Below are positions 9,461-19,514 of a DNA stretch of 45,232 nt, in pieces. The notes beneath the pieces are model-generated. The model saw only the letters and a program-made list of their open reading frames with translations, was not told where the DNA came from and searched no databases. Source of the stretch: Spirochaetota bacterium (GTDB lineage Bacteria > Spirochaetota > UBA4802 > UBA5550). A program made the position numbers and the translations under genes. Position 1 is the first letter of the stretch. The number at the start of each line of letters is the position of its first letter. The stretch covers positions 1 to 45,232 of the forward strand of contig JBNKTL010000042.1 in assembly GCA_050298055.1 (NCBI GenBank), read 5' to 3'.

Positions 9461-10921
9461 CTAAAGCTTCAAATACTCGATCTCTTCGTAGTCCATTATG
9501 ATACCGCTCTCCTGCAGAAAATCCACAAAGATATCGTAGAGTACAGGGTCGATACCCAGGTGCGCCCCCTCAAGAAATTCGTTCCTGATAATTGTAACCG
9601 CCTCCCGGGGAGTGTTCTCCTTCGCCCTGTACTTCTTCTCTTTATCCGTCAGGGAATCATAGACATCAATGAGTTCCATCAATTTGTTGGGGAAAAACGC
9701 AAAAGCGCTCCCCGTAAGGAGATCATCCAGATCGTATGTAATAAAAAACTTGGTTGCCATCTCAACCTTCTGCTTTTTGACCCTGTGCTGCATCTTCTCT
9801 CTCAGTGTCTCCGTCTGGTTGTAACCGTAGGGCGCTCCGTAGTACTCATGGTGGAGAAGACCCATTGTGGCTTCAGCCAGGGTAAAGGACTTTGACTTAA
9901 GGATCATGTTGTAGCTGTCAAAGACGTGCATACGGGCAGTCTTGAAGTTGTATCCCTCCCCGCTGTCATGGTACATTATCTTGGGGACCTTCCCCAGGTC
10001 ATGAATCAGGGCACCCACACAAAACTCAAGGAACCTGCTCTTGCTCTCGATTGGATGGACCCCTCCCTTGAAGACGATCTCAAGGTTGACCTTCTGTTCA
10101 CCCCTGACAACTTTATTATAGTATGAATGGTACTTCTTCTCAAAATTCGAACGAACCCGCTTTATCCTGTCTGTCTGGAAGTACTTGTTATAATAGAAAA
10201 GGAAAGAGATAAACCTTATGAGCATCCTGTTCATATGGTTGAGGGTATTGGAACCTGTCTGCACATGGTCCAGCTGGGCCATCTCTTTAAAGCTTGTTTT
10301 CCCCTTTTCAAGCATATTAATAAGTGAATTTACCATCATATGGGTCTTTGTGACAATATCCTTCATAAAGGATTCATCAAGGGGCTTTTCAATGTTCTCT
10401 TCCAGTGAGGTTTTATTGATACAGAGGGTCTCCGTAAAGGCGTCAACAGTCTCAGTAAGGGTCTCTGCATTAAACCGTGCGTGACGACTGCTCAGGTTAT
10501 TCAACACCATAACATTTTTCAGGATATTCTGCTTTCTCTCCTCAAGGGACATCCTGCTCACGTCCATAAGTCTATCCGAATACGCAGTGTCCTCATCGTG
10601 GATGTTACAGGAGTCAGCTCTGGGGATTTCCTCCAATGTGCTCTCTTTTTCTCTCCTGTCCGCTCTCCGTGTTTTAGGAATATGTTTTCTCCAGTCCTCT
10701 TCAAGATAGAAGAGTATATCAGGGCCCTGTTCACCCAGGTATGTGTCAAGCTTATCAACAGGTACAATGACCTTTGAACCGTCCTTTTTCAGCCTGTAGA
10801 GGGGGGTGTTGCTCAGGATAATATCATCAAGATCTTTTTTAACTTCGCTTTTATTAAGGGAGATGAGGCCTTCCAGGGGCTCACCCGGGGGTTTTCCGTG
10901 ATTTGACATAACATTACTCAT
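9461..10921 (-). CDS. HD-domain phosphohydrolase (HD-GYP-like, degenerate GYP)
   Basis: IHDLGK, HHEYY, IDVYDSL..KKYR, IDP motifs. Confidence 0.8.
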   Translation of the reverse strand: MSNVMSNHGKPPGEPLEGLISLNKSEVKKDLDDIILSNTPLYRLKKDGSKVIVPVDKLDTYLGEQGPDILFYLEEDWRKHIPKTRRADRREKESTLEEIPRADSCNIHDEDTAYSDRLMDVSRMSLEERKQNILKNVMVLNNLSSRHARFNAETLTETVDAFTETLCINKTSLEENIEKPLDESFMKDIVTKTHMMVNSLINMLEKGKTSFKEMAQLDHVQTGSNTLNHMNRMLIRFISFLFYYNKYFQTDRIKRVRSNFEKKYHSYYNKVVRGEQKVNLEIVFKGGVHPIESKSRFLEFCVGALIHDLGKVPKIMYHDSGEGYNFKTARMHVFDSYNMILKSKSFTLAEATMGLLHHEYYGAPYGYNQTETLREKMQHRVKKQKVEMATKFFITYDLDDLLTGSAFAFFPNKLMELIDVYDSLTDKEKKYRAKENTPREAVTIIRNEFLEGAHLGIDPVLYDIFVDFLQESGIIMDYEEIEYLKL

Positions 10922-11102
10922 TATAGATATTTATACCACCAGTAATAAATTATCAGGTAATTTTTTCAATAAATTAATGGAATGAGTTGCAAATCACATT
11001 CATTAATATGCTTGACTCTGTCCCCGTGTCGAAAAACACTCTGTTTTCCTGTGTTTTTTCGCCGGGGAAGCTCTGATAATCATTCTATTACCGGGAGAAG
11101 AG

Positions 11103-12035
11103 ATGAATAATTCAGGCATAATGAACAGGGATATGCCTCTGGCAACATCCCTTTTTGCGTCTTTCCTCTGTATAAGCTTCGGTGCCAACGCCATCGCGTT
11201 AAAGATCAGCATGGAGGGATTCGGCCCTCTCACAACAGCCGGTCTCCGGTTTGCCCTTTCATCTCTCATTATCCTGATCTGGGCCGGAACAACAGGGAAA
11301 CCGTTAAAACTGAAAAAGGGACAGATCCCGGAGATGGCAATTCTTGTTATATCATTTTTCGTTCAGCTTGCGGGATATCATATAGGAATGAACTATACGC
11401 ATGCTTCCCGGGCAACAATAATCATCAATGTACAGCCCTTTCTCGTACTTCTCCTTGCCCACGCCTTTGTCCCCGGAGACAGGATATCCCCCAGAAAACT
11501 TATTGGAATCCTTCTCGGTTTTGGCGGTGTGATTTTCGTATTTCTCGACCGGGCCGCCGGCAGCTCCGGCATTCTCCTGGGAGACCTGGTAATACTCGGC
11601 GCAACATGCATATGGGCAAGCGTTTCAATCTATATCAAGAGGATCATCCACAGGTATCACCCCTTCCAGATGGTCTTCTATCCCATGGTTCTCTCTTTCC
11701 CGCTCTATTTTATTGCCGGATATTTTCTGGACCCTTCAATGATAACGAGGGTGGACATAAGGTCTGTATCCAGCATATTCTACCAGGGAGTTGTTGCCGG
11801 CGCTTTCGGGTTCGTTGCATGGAACACGCTGCTCTTAGAGTACGGGGCCGTGTCCCTCCACTCCTACCTCTTCCTCTCTCCCATAGCCGGGGTGGTTTTC
11901 GGAGGACTTGTCCTGGGAGAGCCCATAACCCGGAAGATCGTTATTTCACTGGTACTCATTGTTTCCGGTATTGTGATCGTGAACTTCAGGACCAAATCCT
12001 CCCCCGACAGGGAGACAGGTTATGAGAATGTTTGA
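11103..12035 (+). CDS. DMT/EamA family transporter
   Basis: About 10 TM in two EamA repeats; LRF, QPF, LGEPIT. Confidence 0.92.
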   Translation: MNNSGIMNRDMPLATSLFASFLCISFGANAIALKISMEGFGPLTTAGLRFALSSLIILIWAGTTGKPLKLKKGQIPEMAILVISFFVQLAGYHIGMNYTHASRATIIINVQPFLVLLLAHAFVPGDRISPRKLIGILLGFGGVIFVFLDRAAGSSGILLGDLVILGATCIWASVSIYIKRIIHRYHPFQMVFYPMVLSFPLYFIAGYFLDPSMITRVDIRSVSSIFYQGVVAGAFGFVAWNTLLLEYGAVSLHSYLFLSPIAGVVFGGLVLGEPITRKIVISLVLIVSGIVIVNFRTKSSPDRETGYENV

Positions 12036-12040
12036 GTATC

Positions 12041-13495
12041 CTAAAACTCCATCTTTGCCTTCAGGTAGACCAGGTCCTTTTCTTCAAAAAGCTCCATGAG
12101 TTCATCGTCATTTCCCCGGAAGATATATCCCCCGGCGCTTATGCTGAGCCCGTTCTGGAAATTCCATGTGAGGTCCAGGAACAGCAGGTGTCCCGGTTTA
12201 CTCCCCTTTTCCGGCCTTAAGAGTGTCCCCGCCTCGGCTTCCAGGCCCTCGTTGAAGAACTTGTCCTCCACCCTGAACAGAAGCATTCCGTTAATCAGCG
12301 GTTCCCTGTACAGTTCCCTGTCTTCCAGGTACCGGCTGTCCATCCATTCAACCAGGACAAGCCCGTTATCTCCCCAGAGCTTGTAATCGGCGCCCACGGT
12401 GTAAGCCAGGGAGGGGACCTTCTCCGCAGGAGAGATATCCACATATGTTGTACCAATTTGCATCAAACCGGCCTGAAGGGTAGCAGCCTCAACCTCCCGG
12501 ACAGCAATCATCTCCCGTGAGTAGGAGGCTTCACCCCTGAAGGAAAATTTCCCCAGGGTAAATGCGGTATCGATACCCCAGGCATTGATCCTCTCATAGA
12601 GGGGCTTCATCTCTATGGACGCGTCTGCCGGTGTTGTGCCGGTCAGTTCAGGCTTTAAAATGACCGTGCGGTTGATCCCGTTATAGTAGCTGAGATGAAA
12701 ATCGAAATCCCCTATTGTCCCCCCAAACCGGGCTGCATACGAAGAGTTGTCCAGCCCCCCCCGGAGCTTCTCCCCTTCCTCAATGGTAACGGGAAGAGAG
12801 TATACCGACAATTCAACCGGTTCGGGAGAAAGTTCCCAGAAACTTCCCCGGGGGGGAAGAAGCGCGGGGTTGTGGACCGGTGTTGCCGCCCCTTCCAGTG
12901 AAAAGTTCCCCAGGAGAAGCTTCACGGAGAGCGCGGGGACGCCTTCATTTTTGTCGTCCTTGTCAATGGCGAAGAACTCCCTGAAGTCGGGCTGGTCAAA
13001 GTAGTTCGTGACCGGGAACATATCGGCGCTCCCCCAGGAAAAGAGCTGCTTCCCCAGCTTAAACTGCAGGGTCTCCCCTCCCCTGAGGTAGAGCTCCTGG
13101 GCCTCGATCCTCCCCGATTCACGGGGTGTGGTATATGTTTCGGACGGCTGGCTGTCACTGCCGGACTCCGGGTAGTAGTAATAGTCGAGAACAGCCATTC
13201 CGTGATAGCTCCTGCTCCCCAGCCGGGCATTGAGCCTGCCCCGGCCTTCCAGTTTGACCACATCATATTCATCCGGATCTTTTCTCTTCCCCTCCCCGGG
13301 AATACTCACCTGGTTGACGCTCTCCAGAAAGCCGTGAAGGTCGAAGTTCTTTTTCTTATCAGCCGTTCCGGAACTTTTTCCCGTCCCGGAACCAGAGAGG
13401 ATCTCCCTGTCCAGCTCCTCTTCAGTTGCCGGGAACAGGGGACTTAATAAAAAAGTAACAAGGACCACCGGTAAAAACAATTTCACTCTCTTCAT
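12041..13495 (-). CDS. Outer-membrane beta-barrel protein (DUF1302-like)
   Basis: Signal peptide from MKRVKL (ATG 13495, GGAGG SD); GKQLFSWGSAD motif; C-terminal Phe. Confidence 0.75.
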   Translation of the reverse strand: MKRVKLFLPVVLVTFLLSPLFPATEEELDREILSGSGTGKSSGTADKKKNFDLHGFLESVNQVSIPGEGKRKDPDEYDVVKLEGRGRLNARLGSRSYHGMAVLDYYYYPESGSDSQPSETYTTPRESGRIEAQELYLRGGETLQFKLGKQLFSWGSADMFPVTNYFDQPDFREFFAIDKDDKNEGVPALSVKLLLGNFSLEGAATPVHNPALLPPRGSFWELSPEPVELSVYSLPVTIEEGEKLRGGLDNSSYAARFGGTIGDFDFHLSYYNGINRTVILKPELTGTTPADASIEMKPLYERINAWGIDTAFTLGKFSFRGEASYSREMIAVREVEAATLQAGLMQIGTTYVDISPAEKVPSLAYTVGADYKLWGDNGLVLVEWMDSRYLEDRELYREPLINGMLLFRVEDKFFNEGLEAEAGTLLRPEKGSKPGHLLFLDLTWNFQNGLSISAGGYIFRGNDDELMELFEEKDLVYLKAKMEF

Positions 13496-13505
13496 ATCCG
13501 CCTCC

Positions 13506-14240
13506 TTAAAATGATTCCCTTTGCAGCAGGCTGTCCGATACGGGAAGATCATATTTGACCGACTTCAGGTAGAGGATACTCTTCCCCCTGCCGTCGGTTC
13601 TCTCCATCACCACCTTCCGGGGTGTGGAGATACCCGATATCTTTTGGATCTTAAGAAAGCTTATGACCTTGGTCATCCTGCCCCTTTCATAGAGTTCGAT
13701 CTTCCTTATCACGAAGTCGCTTTTCGCCACATAGATCACGCCCTTTGAATAGACCCTTGTGCCCCGTTTTTTCCTGCTCTCTACCTTGTAGCAGCTCACG
13801 CCGTCAACAGGGGCCTCACCCGCGAGTTTGTAGCTGTAGTCATCGATGTTTCTTTCGGAAATGTCCTCATTGTAGAAGTGGGAGTTCACCCAGGGTTTGT
13901 TCTTTTCCGACGAAGCGATCTTTCGCACCTTGCCGCTTGTGAGCTTCACCCACTGCCTGCTGTCACTCCCCGGCTCGTCCCAGACCAAAAACTGCATCCT
14001 TGTGGGATATTTAAAGTTTATCCTCTTCCGGGTCTTCTTGCCGTACCTTTTGGAGATACCGCTGAACTCCTTCTTGATTTTACTGGACCCCTTGATAATC
14101 AGAAGGACCGACTCCTGTGTCCAGGTCTTTCCTTTTTTCAGGTTGTCATTTTTTTCCATGATCTCCCTTCCCGTAAGCGCCCACGAACCGGCGGGCAGAA
14201 GGGAAAAGAGTGTTGTTAAAACGAATATAATATGCTTCAT
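13506..14240 (-). CDS. Outer membrane lipoprotein-sorting (LolA-like) protein
   Basis: Signal peptide, LTGREIM, VRKIASS, SHFYNEDI; lies between MMPL and OMP genes. Confidence 0.85.
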   Translation of the reverse strand: MKHIIFVLTTLFSLLPAGSWALTGREIMEKNDNLKKGKTWTQESVLLIIKGSSKIKKEFSGISKRYGKKTRKRINFKYPTRMQFLVWDEPGSDSRQWVKLTSGKVRKIASSEKNKPWVNSHFYNEDISERNIDDYSYKLAGEAPVDGVSCYKVESRKKRGTRVYSKGVIYVAKSDFVIRKIELYERGRMTKVISFLKIQKISGISTPRKVVMERTDGRGKSILYLKSVKYDLPVSDSLLQRESF

Positions 14241-14254
14241 ATGTGCCTCCCTTT

Positions 14255-17200
14255 TTAGTTGTCCGGCTGAAACAGCCTGTTAAAATTGATATATTTAAAG
14301 ATCCTGTTACTGCTCTCCCTGTAGATGGGAAGTTTAAAAAGAATAATCACCGCCGGAAGAAGCAGAAGAGCCGATACTGTTGTGGCAACCATGGTTGACG
14401 CCACCAGCCAGCCCAGGTAAAAGACGGGGACAAATTCCGAGAGGAGAAGTACGGAAAATCCCAGGACCAGGGCGACCGATGTGTAGACGATTGCCATCCC
14501 CGCCTCCCTGTAGGAGAGATTAATTGACTCCTCGATTGAATATCCTGACAGAAGATTGTGGCGGATGGTTTTGAGCATGTGAATGGTGTCATCAACGCCG
14601 ATCCCTATGGCAATTGCCGCGAGAAGGGCCTTGGGGATATCAAGAGGGATATTGAGATACCCCATAATACCGTATACCAGGATAATACTGGTTGAAATGG
14701 GGATCAGCGCCAGAAGCCCCACCTGCCAGTTCTTAAAGAGAAAAAAGACCACAAGGGCGACGATGAGGAGCGTGAGGATCACACTCAATATCTGCCCCTT
14801 GACGATGAGGTCTGAGAGAACGGTAAAGTTAATGGTCTCGCCCACGAAGTGCCACCTGTATTTCCCCGCCACCGGATGGTTTTTCAGGTATTCCCTGACT
14901 TTCTCCTGCCCCCGGGCATTGATGGCCGTTGAAAAGAGTTTGTCCTTCAACGAACCCACCCTTATGAGGATATTGGCATACCGGTAGCCCGGGTCCACAA
15001 ACTGCTCGAAGGAATCCACCCTTCCGTCGGAGTTCCTGTCCTCCCCTGAATAGAGTTCCAGGTAGTCCTCGATGGTGCTTCTCCTGTCCGGAATGGAAAA
15101 ATACTCAGGTTTTTCCGCGTTCATGGCCTTATGCATCCGTTTGATAATGTCCCCGAAAGACAGAGTGTGGAGGAAGAGATAGTTTTCCCGGTTCTCCTTC
15201 TTCACTATCCACTTCCTGATCTCCTCGGTAAGTTTCAGAAACTCCGGGTCCTTAACGCCGTTTTTTTTCCCCGAATCGATGACCAGGTTTACCAGGGCGC
15301 TGCCGTTGAAGAGCTGCCCCACACGGATATCGGACTTATAGATATACGAATCCTTCTTGAACTGGAAGAGGGGGCTTGTTTCCACCCTGATCTTCGTAAT
15401 CCCGTATGAGAATACGGCGATAAGGAGAAATGCCGTGAGGACCACAGGCTTCGAATGGTTCAGCGAAAGCCTGCTAAAGACTTCCAGAATTTTTTGAACA
15501 GACCGGTTTTTGCCCTTCTCCTCTTTTTTCTTAAAGGGTACAAGCTTCATCAGCACCAGGGCCGAAGGGATGAGGGCGGAGGATATCATCATGGCAAGGA
15601 GGGTCCCGAAGGCGGCAAATATCCCGAAATCACGAAGTGAGCTCACCTGGTTTACCGTAAGGGTCAAAAATCCCACAAACGTGGTCAGGGCCGCCAGCAT
15701 GACCGTAACGGATATGTGGCTCATGGAATTGATGATCCCGGCCTTCCTCCCCTCCCTCTCTATCTCATCCCGGTCCAGGATATACTGGTTGAATATGTGG
15801 ATCGAGTAGGAACTCCCCACGGCAATGAGCAGGGGAGGGAGCATGTTTACAACAAGGGTAATGGGGATCTTAAAGAGCCCCATGATACCCAGGGTCCAGA
15901 AGGTCCCCAGGAGGACCGAAACCGTGGGCAGGAAGACCCCTCTCACTGTCCTGAAATTGAGAAAAAAAGTCAGGACCACCACAAGGATCACCAGGGGCAT
16001 AAATCTTAACAGGTCCTTTTTCATGAAATCCCTGATATACTTCTGGATCACCGGAAGCCCGATCCGTGTAAGCTTCACAGGGGACCGGTTGTACTTCTCA
16101 ATGAGTTCCGTAAAATAGTTGAAGATCTCAATGTGGTCCTTGCGGGGACGGAGCACCATACTCATTGCCAGGGCCCGTATTCTTCCTTTATCATCCATGG
16201 AGTAGAGACCGTTCCTGAATGCCGGGTTGTTTAAGATCTTTTTCCTGTACTCGGCAAAGTCCTTCTCTGTTTCCGGGAGTTTTCTCATGCCGTTTTCATC
16301 TTCGGGGATAAAGCTCACGGGCTTCAGCTCCCCCTGGCTGCCCAGGATGTCCTCCCCGGAAACAGGGTTGATAAACGATTTTACGATCTCCATGGACTTG
16401 TAGAGATAGACGGTCTCCCATCCCTCCACGATATCCATATACTGCTTTTCCGTAAGCCGGACGTCATCGGGCAAATTCATAAGCCTTTTATACCGGAGTA
16501 TTGTATTCAGCTGCGGCAGGGCGCCGGCCTCGAGCTTCTTTTTGAGGTGTCCCAGGGTGACCGGGGTGTAATGGTCCGGGTTGAAGGCATTTCTCTCCCT
16601 GAGGGCCTTCACATAGAACTTTCCCGTTACCGGCCGGGAGAGGTCCCAGATATCCTCCGGTTCCCGGACACTCCTCTTTTTCTTTGGACCGGCCTTCTTT
16701 TTATCACCGAAAATTTCTTTGTCAAGTTCAGCCTCAAGTTCATCCTTTGATACGGTCTCGTTCTTCTTTACCGGCGGAGTTTTTTCCGGAACGGTTTTCC
16801 TCTCATTGCCGAAAATCTCCTTATCAAGCTCGGACTCAAGTTCATCCTTTGATGCGGTTTTATTTTTACTTACCGGCAGAGGCTTTTCCGGTGCGGATTT
16901 TTTTACCCGGGCGGTTTTTTCCACTATGGATATGTTCCCGGTCTCCAGGAGGAGGGACAGTCTCCTCTCCTCCACCTCCCTGTTGAAGTCCTTGAACTCT
17001 TCTATTTCATCCACCATGCTGTTGATCACGGCAAATACTTCAGGGGAGAAGAGTTTACTCCCCCCGGTGGTTTCTATTGCCGTCATCATGAATGTCCTGC
17101 TGTCAAGGAACACCTCTTTGGCCCTTTCACCCAGCTTATAGGCCATGTCCTCTTTGGGCATCAGGGCCTCGGTGGACCCGTCAAAATAGAGCCTCTTAAA

Positions 17201-17287
17201 CCCGAAACCGGAGAGTGCCGTAACGCCAAGTATTATGATGAAAACAATAAATGGATGCCTTACATTAAATTCAATCCATCTTCTCAT
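14255..17287 (-). CDS. MMPL/RND family transporter
   Basis: Two TM blocks, IAIGIGVDDTIH and LTTFVGF motifs; large periplasmic insertion. Confidence 0.92.
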   Translation of the reverse strand: MRRWIEFNVRHPFIVFIIILGVTALSGFGFKRLYFDGSTEALMPKEDMAYKLGERAKEVFLDSRTFMMTAIETTGGSKLFSPEVFAVINSMVDEIEEFKDFNREVEERRLSLLLETGNISIVEKTARVKKSAPEKPLPVSKNKTASKDELESELDKEIFGNERKTVPEKTPPVKKNETVSKDELEAELDKEIFGDKKKAGPKKKRSVREPEDIWDLSRPVTGKFYVKALRERNAFNPDHYTPVTLGHLKKKLEAGALPQLNTILRYKRLMNLPDDVRLTEKQYMDIVEGWETVYLYKSMEIVKSFINPVSGEDILGSQGELKPVSFIPEDENGMRKLPETEKDFAEYRKKILNNPAFRNGLYSMDDKGRIRALAMSMVLRPRKDHIEIFNYFTELIEKYNRSPVKLTRIGLPVIQKYIRDFMKKDLLRFMPLVILVVVLTFFLNFRTVRGVFLPTVSVLLGTFWTLGIMGLFKIPITLVVNMLPPLLIAVGSSYSIHIFNQYILDRDEIEREGRKAGIINSMSHISVTVMLAALTTFVGFLTLTVNQVSSLRDFGIFAAFGTLLAMMISSALIPSALVLMKLVPFKKKEEKGKNRSVQKILEVFSRLSLNHSKPVVLTAFLLIAVFSYGITKIRVETSPLFQFKKDSYIYKSDIRVGQLFNGSALVNLVIDSGKKNGVKDPEFLKLTEEIRKWIVKKENRENYLFLHTLSFGDIIKRMHKAMNAEKPEYFSIPDRRSTIEDYLELYSGEDRNSDGRVDSFEQFVDPGYRYANILIRVGSLKDKLFSTAINARGQEKVREYLKNHPVAGKYRWHFVGETINFTVLSDLIVKGQILSVILTLLIVALVVFFLFKNWQVGLLALIPISTSIILVYGIMGYLNIPLDIPKALLAAIAIGIGVDDTIHMLKTIRHNLLSGYSIEESINLSYREAGMAIVYTSVALVLGFSVLLLSEFVPVFYLGWLVASTMVATTVSALLLLPAVIILFKLPIYRESSNRIFKYINFNRLFQPDN
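16707..16891 (-). repeat. In-frame 102-nt (34-aa) tandem duplication in MMPL
   Basis: PEKPLPVSKNKTASKDELESELDKEIFG / PEKTPPVKKNETVSKDELEAELDKEIFG. Confidence 0.9.
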
Positions 17288-17422
17288 GATATTTCTCCAA
17301 TCAGAATGATTGGTTGAGTATAAGGGGATTTCATTTTAATTTCTTACAGGATAATAATTCCGGAACTTTTTTTTGTTCCGGGATTATAATTCAGGAAGTG
17401 TAGAATCCCCTTAATTCCAGAG

Positions 17423-17572
17423 CCCCCCATCCCCCTGAGGGGGCGTAAGATTCCGGGACCGCAAAGGTTTATTTCAGTTCCGGGTTGAAGAAAAGAGTTT
17501 AACACGAAGTTCACGAAGGAAGAGGGGGAAGTTAGTTTCGAGTTCCGAGTTACGGGTTCCAGGTTCGGAGTT
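17423..17572. repeat. Composite intergenic repeat (family B half copy, CACGAAG dimer, heptamer array)
   Basis: CCCCCCATCCCCCTGAGGGGGCGTAAGA; AACACGAAGTTCACGAAGG; GTTTCGA-GTTCCGA-GTTACGG-GTTCCAG-GTTCGGA. Confidence 0.7.
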
Positions 17573-17607
17573 AAGAAATGATTAAATAAAACCGTAACAA
17601 ATAATCA

Positions 17608-17641
17608 TTGACAAATGTCATACTATATATAAACATATGTC
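17608..17641 (+). promoter_or_regulatory. TA promoter/operator
   Basis: TTGACA overlapped by palindrome TGACAAATGTCA; second ACATATGTC 22 bp downstream. Confidence 0.55.
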
Positions 17642-17664
17642 TATTAACGGATTAAGGGGAAATT

Positions 17665-18087
17665 ATGAACATTGCAATGATAGCCGATACCCTCGGTCTC
17701 AAAGGAAATTTCCACAGCGAAATGGACCTTCTTAAAACCGCAAGAAAAGGCATTAAGGTCGCTTCTCTACGCAACATTGAAAAGAAGCTCGGTCTTAAGA
17801 GGAAAGAATTGGCCTCATATATTCATAAAGATCCCGTAACAATTAAAAGAACATATGACAGCAAAAAACTGATTCCTTCGGACTGGACAGACCGGATCAT
17901 TGCTTTGGCCAGGGTCTATGTTTATGCCGTGGAAGTCTTCGAAGATGAAGAGGAAGCGCTTCTGTGGCTGAAATATGAAAATCCCGCCCTGGAAGGAAAT
18001 ACACCCATTGAGCTTCTGGATACCAGCATCGGTGTAAATATGGTGATGAACCTCCTCGGCCGGATAGAGCACGGTATCCCGGTATAA
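17665..18087 (+). CDS. Xre/MbcA/ParS-type antitoxin
   Basis: HTH plus C-terminal WL..NPAL.G.TPIELLDT..G...V..LL.RIEHG. Confidence 0.92.
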   Translation: MNIAMIADTLGLKGNFHSEMDLLKTARKGIKVASLRNIEKKLGLKRKELASYIHKDPVTIKRTYDSKKLIPSDWTDRIIALARVYVYAVEVFEDEEEALLWLKYENPALEGNTPIELLDTSIGVNMVMNLLGRIEHGIPV

Positions 18088-18575
18088 TGCTTGTCTACCG
18101 CCTTATTAAGGAAAAGTACCGAAACGATCTCAGCGGCCGGGGCGCGGAAAAATTTGGCGGAAGATGGAACCATACGGGAACTCCCCTTATCTATTCGGGA
18201 AGTTCCGCTCCCCTTGTTGTTCTTGAATACCTTCCCCAGTTGAGAAAAGATGATAAAAACATGCCCGTTGTTCCCGGGAGCATGAAACTGGGAATATCCA
18301 TAATAGAGATCCCGGAAAAAACATCAATGATCACTCTGCACGAAAAGGATTTACCCGGTGACTGGAACAATTTGATACATCCCGATTCAACAAAGGATAT
18401 TGGGACCGCATGGGCCTCAGGATTAAAGAGCGCTGTATTGGAAGTCCCTTCCGTTTATATCCCTTACGGTCATTCCTGGAATTACCTGCTGAACCCGCTG
18501 CACAGGGAGATCCATGATGTGAAAGTTAAGGAATTTATAAGATATAACTATGATAAACGAATAATACTCCCTTAA
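18087..18575 (+). CDS. RES-domain toxin (NAD+ phosphorylase-like)
   Basis: VYR, GGRWN, LE, VPS, NYLLNP; TAATG coupling to the antitoxin. Confidence 0.93.
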   Translation: MLVYRLIKEKYRNDLSGRGAEKFGGRWNHTGTPLIYSGSSAPLVVLEYLPQLRKDDKNMPVVPGSMKLGISIIEIPEKTSMITLHEKDLPGDWNNLIHPDSTKDIGTAWASGLKSAVLEVPSVYIPYGHSWNYLLNPLHREIHDVKVKEFIRYNYDKRIILP

Positions 18576-19072
18576 AAACTCCTTATTCGTTTAAAGAGGA
18601 CCCCCTCCTTCCCGTAGACCACCATTTCCACTTTTCCTCCGGGGCGCCGGTAATAGCCTGGTCTGCTTACACTTTTCCAGCGGGAGACCTCAAGAGGAAT
18701 GTCCGGGATCCAGGAAAGATCGATATCGTCCTTCTCAACCTCCCGGAATCCGGCTGTCCATTTTGGGATATCAGAGGGTGCAATCCGTATGACTATTTTA
18801 AGGTCCCCGTCTGAAGGACCGGGAACCAGTCCCGTTGAATTATCGTGATAGATAATATGAAACTCCGCGGCAGATACCGGTGAAAAGCATTTAACATACT
18901 TTTTCAGAAACACGATCTTCTCGCTCTCCTGAGAAAAATTTGTGCTGTATGTATCGGTAGAACGGTTTGCCGACTCACACGCCACAATGGGCAGGAAAGT
19001 TAAAAAGAGTATCAGGAAGAGCCACCGCATCCATTGATCCATTTTTTTGGGAGAAATATTAATCTTATGCAT
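18572..19072 (-). CDS. Hypothetical lipoprotein
   Basis: Hydrophobic stretch ending IVAC; VPGPSD motif; true start may be a downstream Met. Confidence 0.6.
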   Translation of the reverse strand: MHKINISPKKMDQWMRWLFLILFLTFLPIVACESANRSTDTYSTNFSQESEKIVFLKKYVKCFSPVSAAEFHIIYHDNSTGLVPGPSDGDLKIVIRIAPSDIPKWTAGFREVEKDDIDLSWIPDIPLEVSRWKSVSRPGYYRRPGGKVEMVVYGKEGVLFKRIRSF

Positions 19073-19087
19073 GAGTAAAAATAATTT

Positions 19088-19465
19088 TCAGCAGTTAACA
19101 CTCATAAGAACCTGCCGTATTTCTTTTCCCGGTTCCCCGTTGTGGGCAAGAATATTATGCAATTCCCCTGTTTCAATCTGCGCCCAGAGGCCTGCGGGAG
19201 TACCCCAGAAATGAGTCTTCTGCACATTTTTACCGGGAACAGCCGGATTTTCAAAATGGAACAAAGCAGTGCCACTGCCTTCTCCTTTACATAAAGGACA
19301 TTTAAATCTATGCCTCATGGGCATTACAGCCAGAAAAGCCTGTTTTCGATCTCTGAATATCTTAACAAGCTCCTCCTGGCGCTTATACAGTTTTCCCTCT
19401 GCCGCGGAGATTCCGGCAATCCCAAGGAGATTAACAAACTGAAGTGCTCTTATTTCCAGGTTCAT
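19088..19465 (-). CDS. Hypothetical protein with CxxC and HxxxxH
   Basis: CPLC, LHNILAH; GGAG SD. Confidence 0.6.
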   Translation of the reverse strand: MNLEIRALQFVNLLGIAGISAAEGKLYKRQEELVKIFRDRKQAFLAVMPMRHRFKCPLCKGEGSGTALFHFENPAVPGKNVQKTHFWGTPAGLWAQIETGELHNILAHNGEPGKEIRQVLMSVNC

Positions 19466-19514
19466 CTATCCGCTCCATTTTATACAATTATTTTGCCCTT
19501 TACGGAAAAAGTTT

